DNA of 62,161 nt, the filler included, from Sphacelaria rigidula (lineage: Eukaryota), in the NCBI GenBank assembly GCA_964200075.2. It is 7 parts of 7 records of this genome, joined end to end, with 100 filler letters (N's around TTAATTAATTAA, not from the genome) between each part and the next. Parts side by side here need not be neighbours in the genome. Positions count along the whole stretch, not along the records: positions 53,370 to 62,161 come from CAXNAA020010083.1; 6 more parts are not named here. One strand, given 5' to 3'. The notes below the pieces were generated by a model. That model was not told the origin of the DNA. It did no database searches and was given only the letters and a program-made list of their open reading frames with translations. Each line of letters starts with the position of its first letter. Position 1 is the stretch's first letter. Shown here piece by piece: positions 61,401 through 62,161 of the stretch. Made by a program: the position numbers and the translations under genes.

Positions 61401-61920
61401 GCCTAAATACAGTACCCTGGTATTACCAGCGTCTTGCGACGTACCACGCAATAATTCTTGTTGACCTTGAGGTCCTCGAGACATACTTCTACTGTCATTC
61501 CAGGGGAAAAACGCACCACTCGAGAGGAAGTTCGCCCATGCCCGTAAGCTCCGGCTCCATATTTTGTGCCTCTGTCACAGATGGATGTTGCTGTAGAACA
61601 TCAAGCGCGCAGGGATTACTCCCCTGCAGAAACGGTTGTTCCGAGACTTGGCCCGCCTCCAAATCTTCAATCGTCGTTCCCGCCGCGGTGGTCAAGAATG
61701 AAATGTACCCCGCGCTCGTAACTGCTGGGGCGAGCTCCAGTTTCGGCGCGTAGCTGCTTCTCCTGTTACCTCTGCTAGTGAGGGTGCTAGTGCCGGTGTT
61801 TTTGTCTTTGATCGGCTTCTCTCCGATCACCCCTTGATCTTCCCCTTCGTGCAAGGAACCATTCTCGTTCGCATCACCGCTGCTCAACCAAGAACCTCGG
61901 GGGGCGCATTGGCCGTGTTC
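58486..61920 (-). pseudogene. Probable decayed multi-exon gene of unknown function
   Basis: A series of minus-strand exon-like frames (61495-61919, 60005-60472, 59465-59644, about 59070-59357, 58486-58674), several with splice-like edges, some with in-frame stops or a frameshift. Confidence 0.4.
59465..59644 (-). CDS. Exon of an unidentified gene
   Basis: CAG|IDLTERGRETALAKWIIRRLKV...MALWQR|GTGAGC; 180 nt, open, phase 0/0. No recognisable domain. Confidence 0.5.
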
Positions 61921-62161
61921 TGGCAACACAGCGAAGAAGAAAATCGGCGGCTTGAAGGAAAAGGCCACTTTCGTACTTAAACAAGTAACGTTTCGGGGTT
62001 CCCCGTGTCCTCTACTTCCCTGTCTCTTATTTCGATGTCTGAGCAGTTTGTTTGAACTGTTAGGCAGCATAAATATTGACGAAACTTGCCGGGGGGGGGG
62101 GGTGGGGAGCGTACTCCTTTGTTGCTTGCCTTAGTCGTTTGATCATTGACCACGCATCCCT

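Overview
This is eukaryotic, intron-rich, repeat-rich genomic DNA. It is most plausibly a brown alga or related stramenopile, inferred from short GT-AG exons in kb-scale introns, a POP-type DNA polymerase exon and IQ/WW-repeat exons. The window is not contiguous. Seven scaffolds of 8796, 8796, 8796, 8794, 8794, 8793 and 8792 bp (apparently length-sorted) are joined by 100-nt N44-TTAATTAATTAA-N44 spacers, so nothing can be linked across spacers. Scaffold 1 holds two head-to-tail copies of a chromodomain-bearing Ty3/Gypsy element sharing one LTR. Scaffold 2 holds a complete LTR-TSD-bounded Ty3/Gypsy element that lacks RT while gag-PR-RNaseH stub-IN stays in one frame. Scaffold 3 holds five phase-consistent exons of a kinesin-4-like motor. 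Scaffold 4 holds an isolated organellar DNA polymerase exon opposite an apparently N-truncated WDR48-like gene. Scaffold 5 holds a LINE ORF1 relic, exons of a membrane protein with a DEG/ENaC/P2X-like pre-TM2 motif, and a TTAA-flanked 98-bp MITE. Scaffold 6 is mostly MITEs and unassigned sequence. Scaffold 7 holds a LINE endonuclease relic, IQ/WW exons and a decayed unknown gene. No rRNA, intact tRNA or CRISPR array was seen. I cannot show a truly new biological system from sequence alone. The best candidates are the ENaC-like membrane protein, the RT-less LTR element and the truncated WDR48/POP arrangement.
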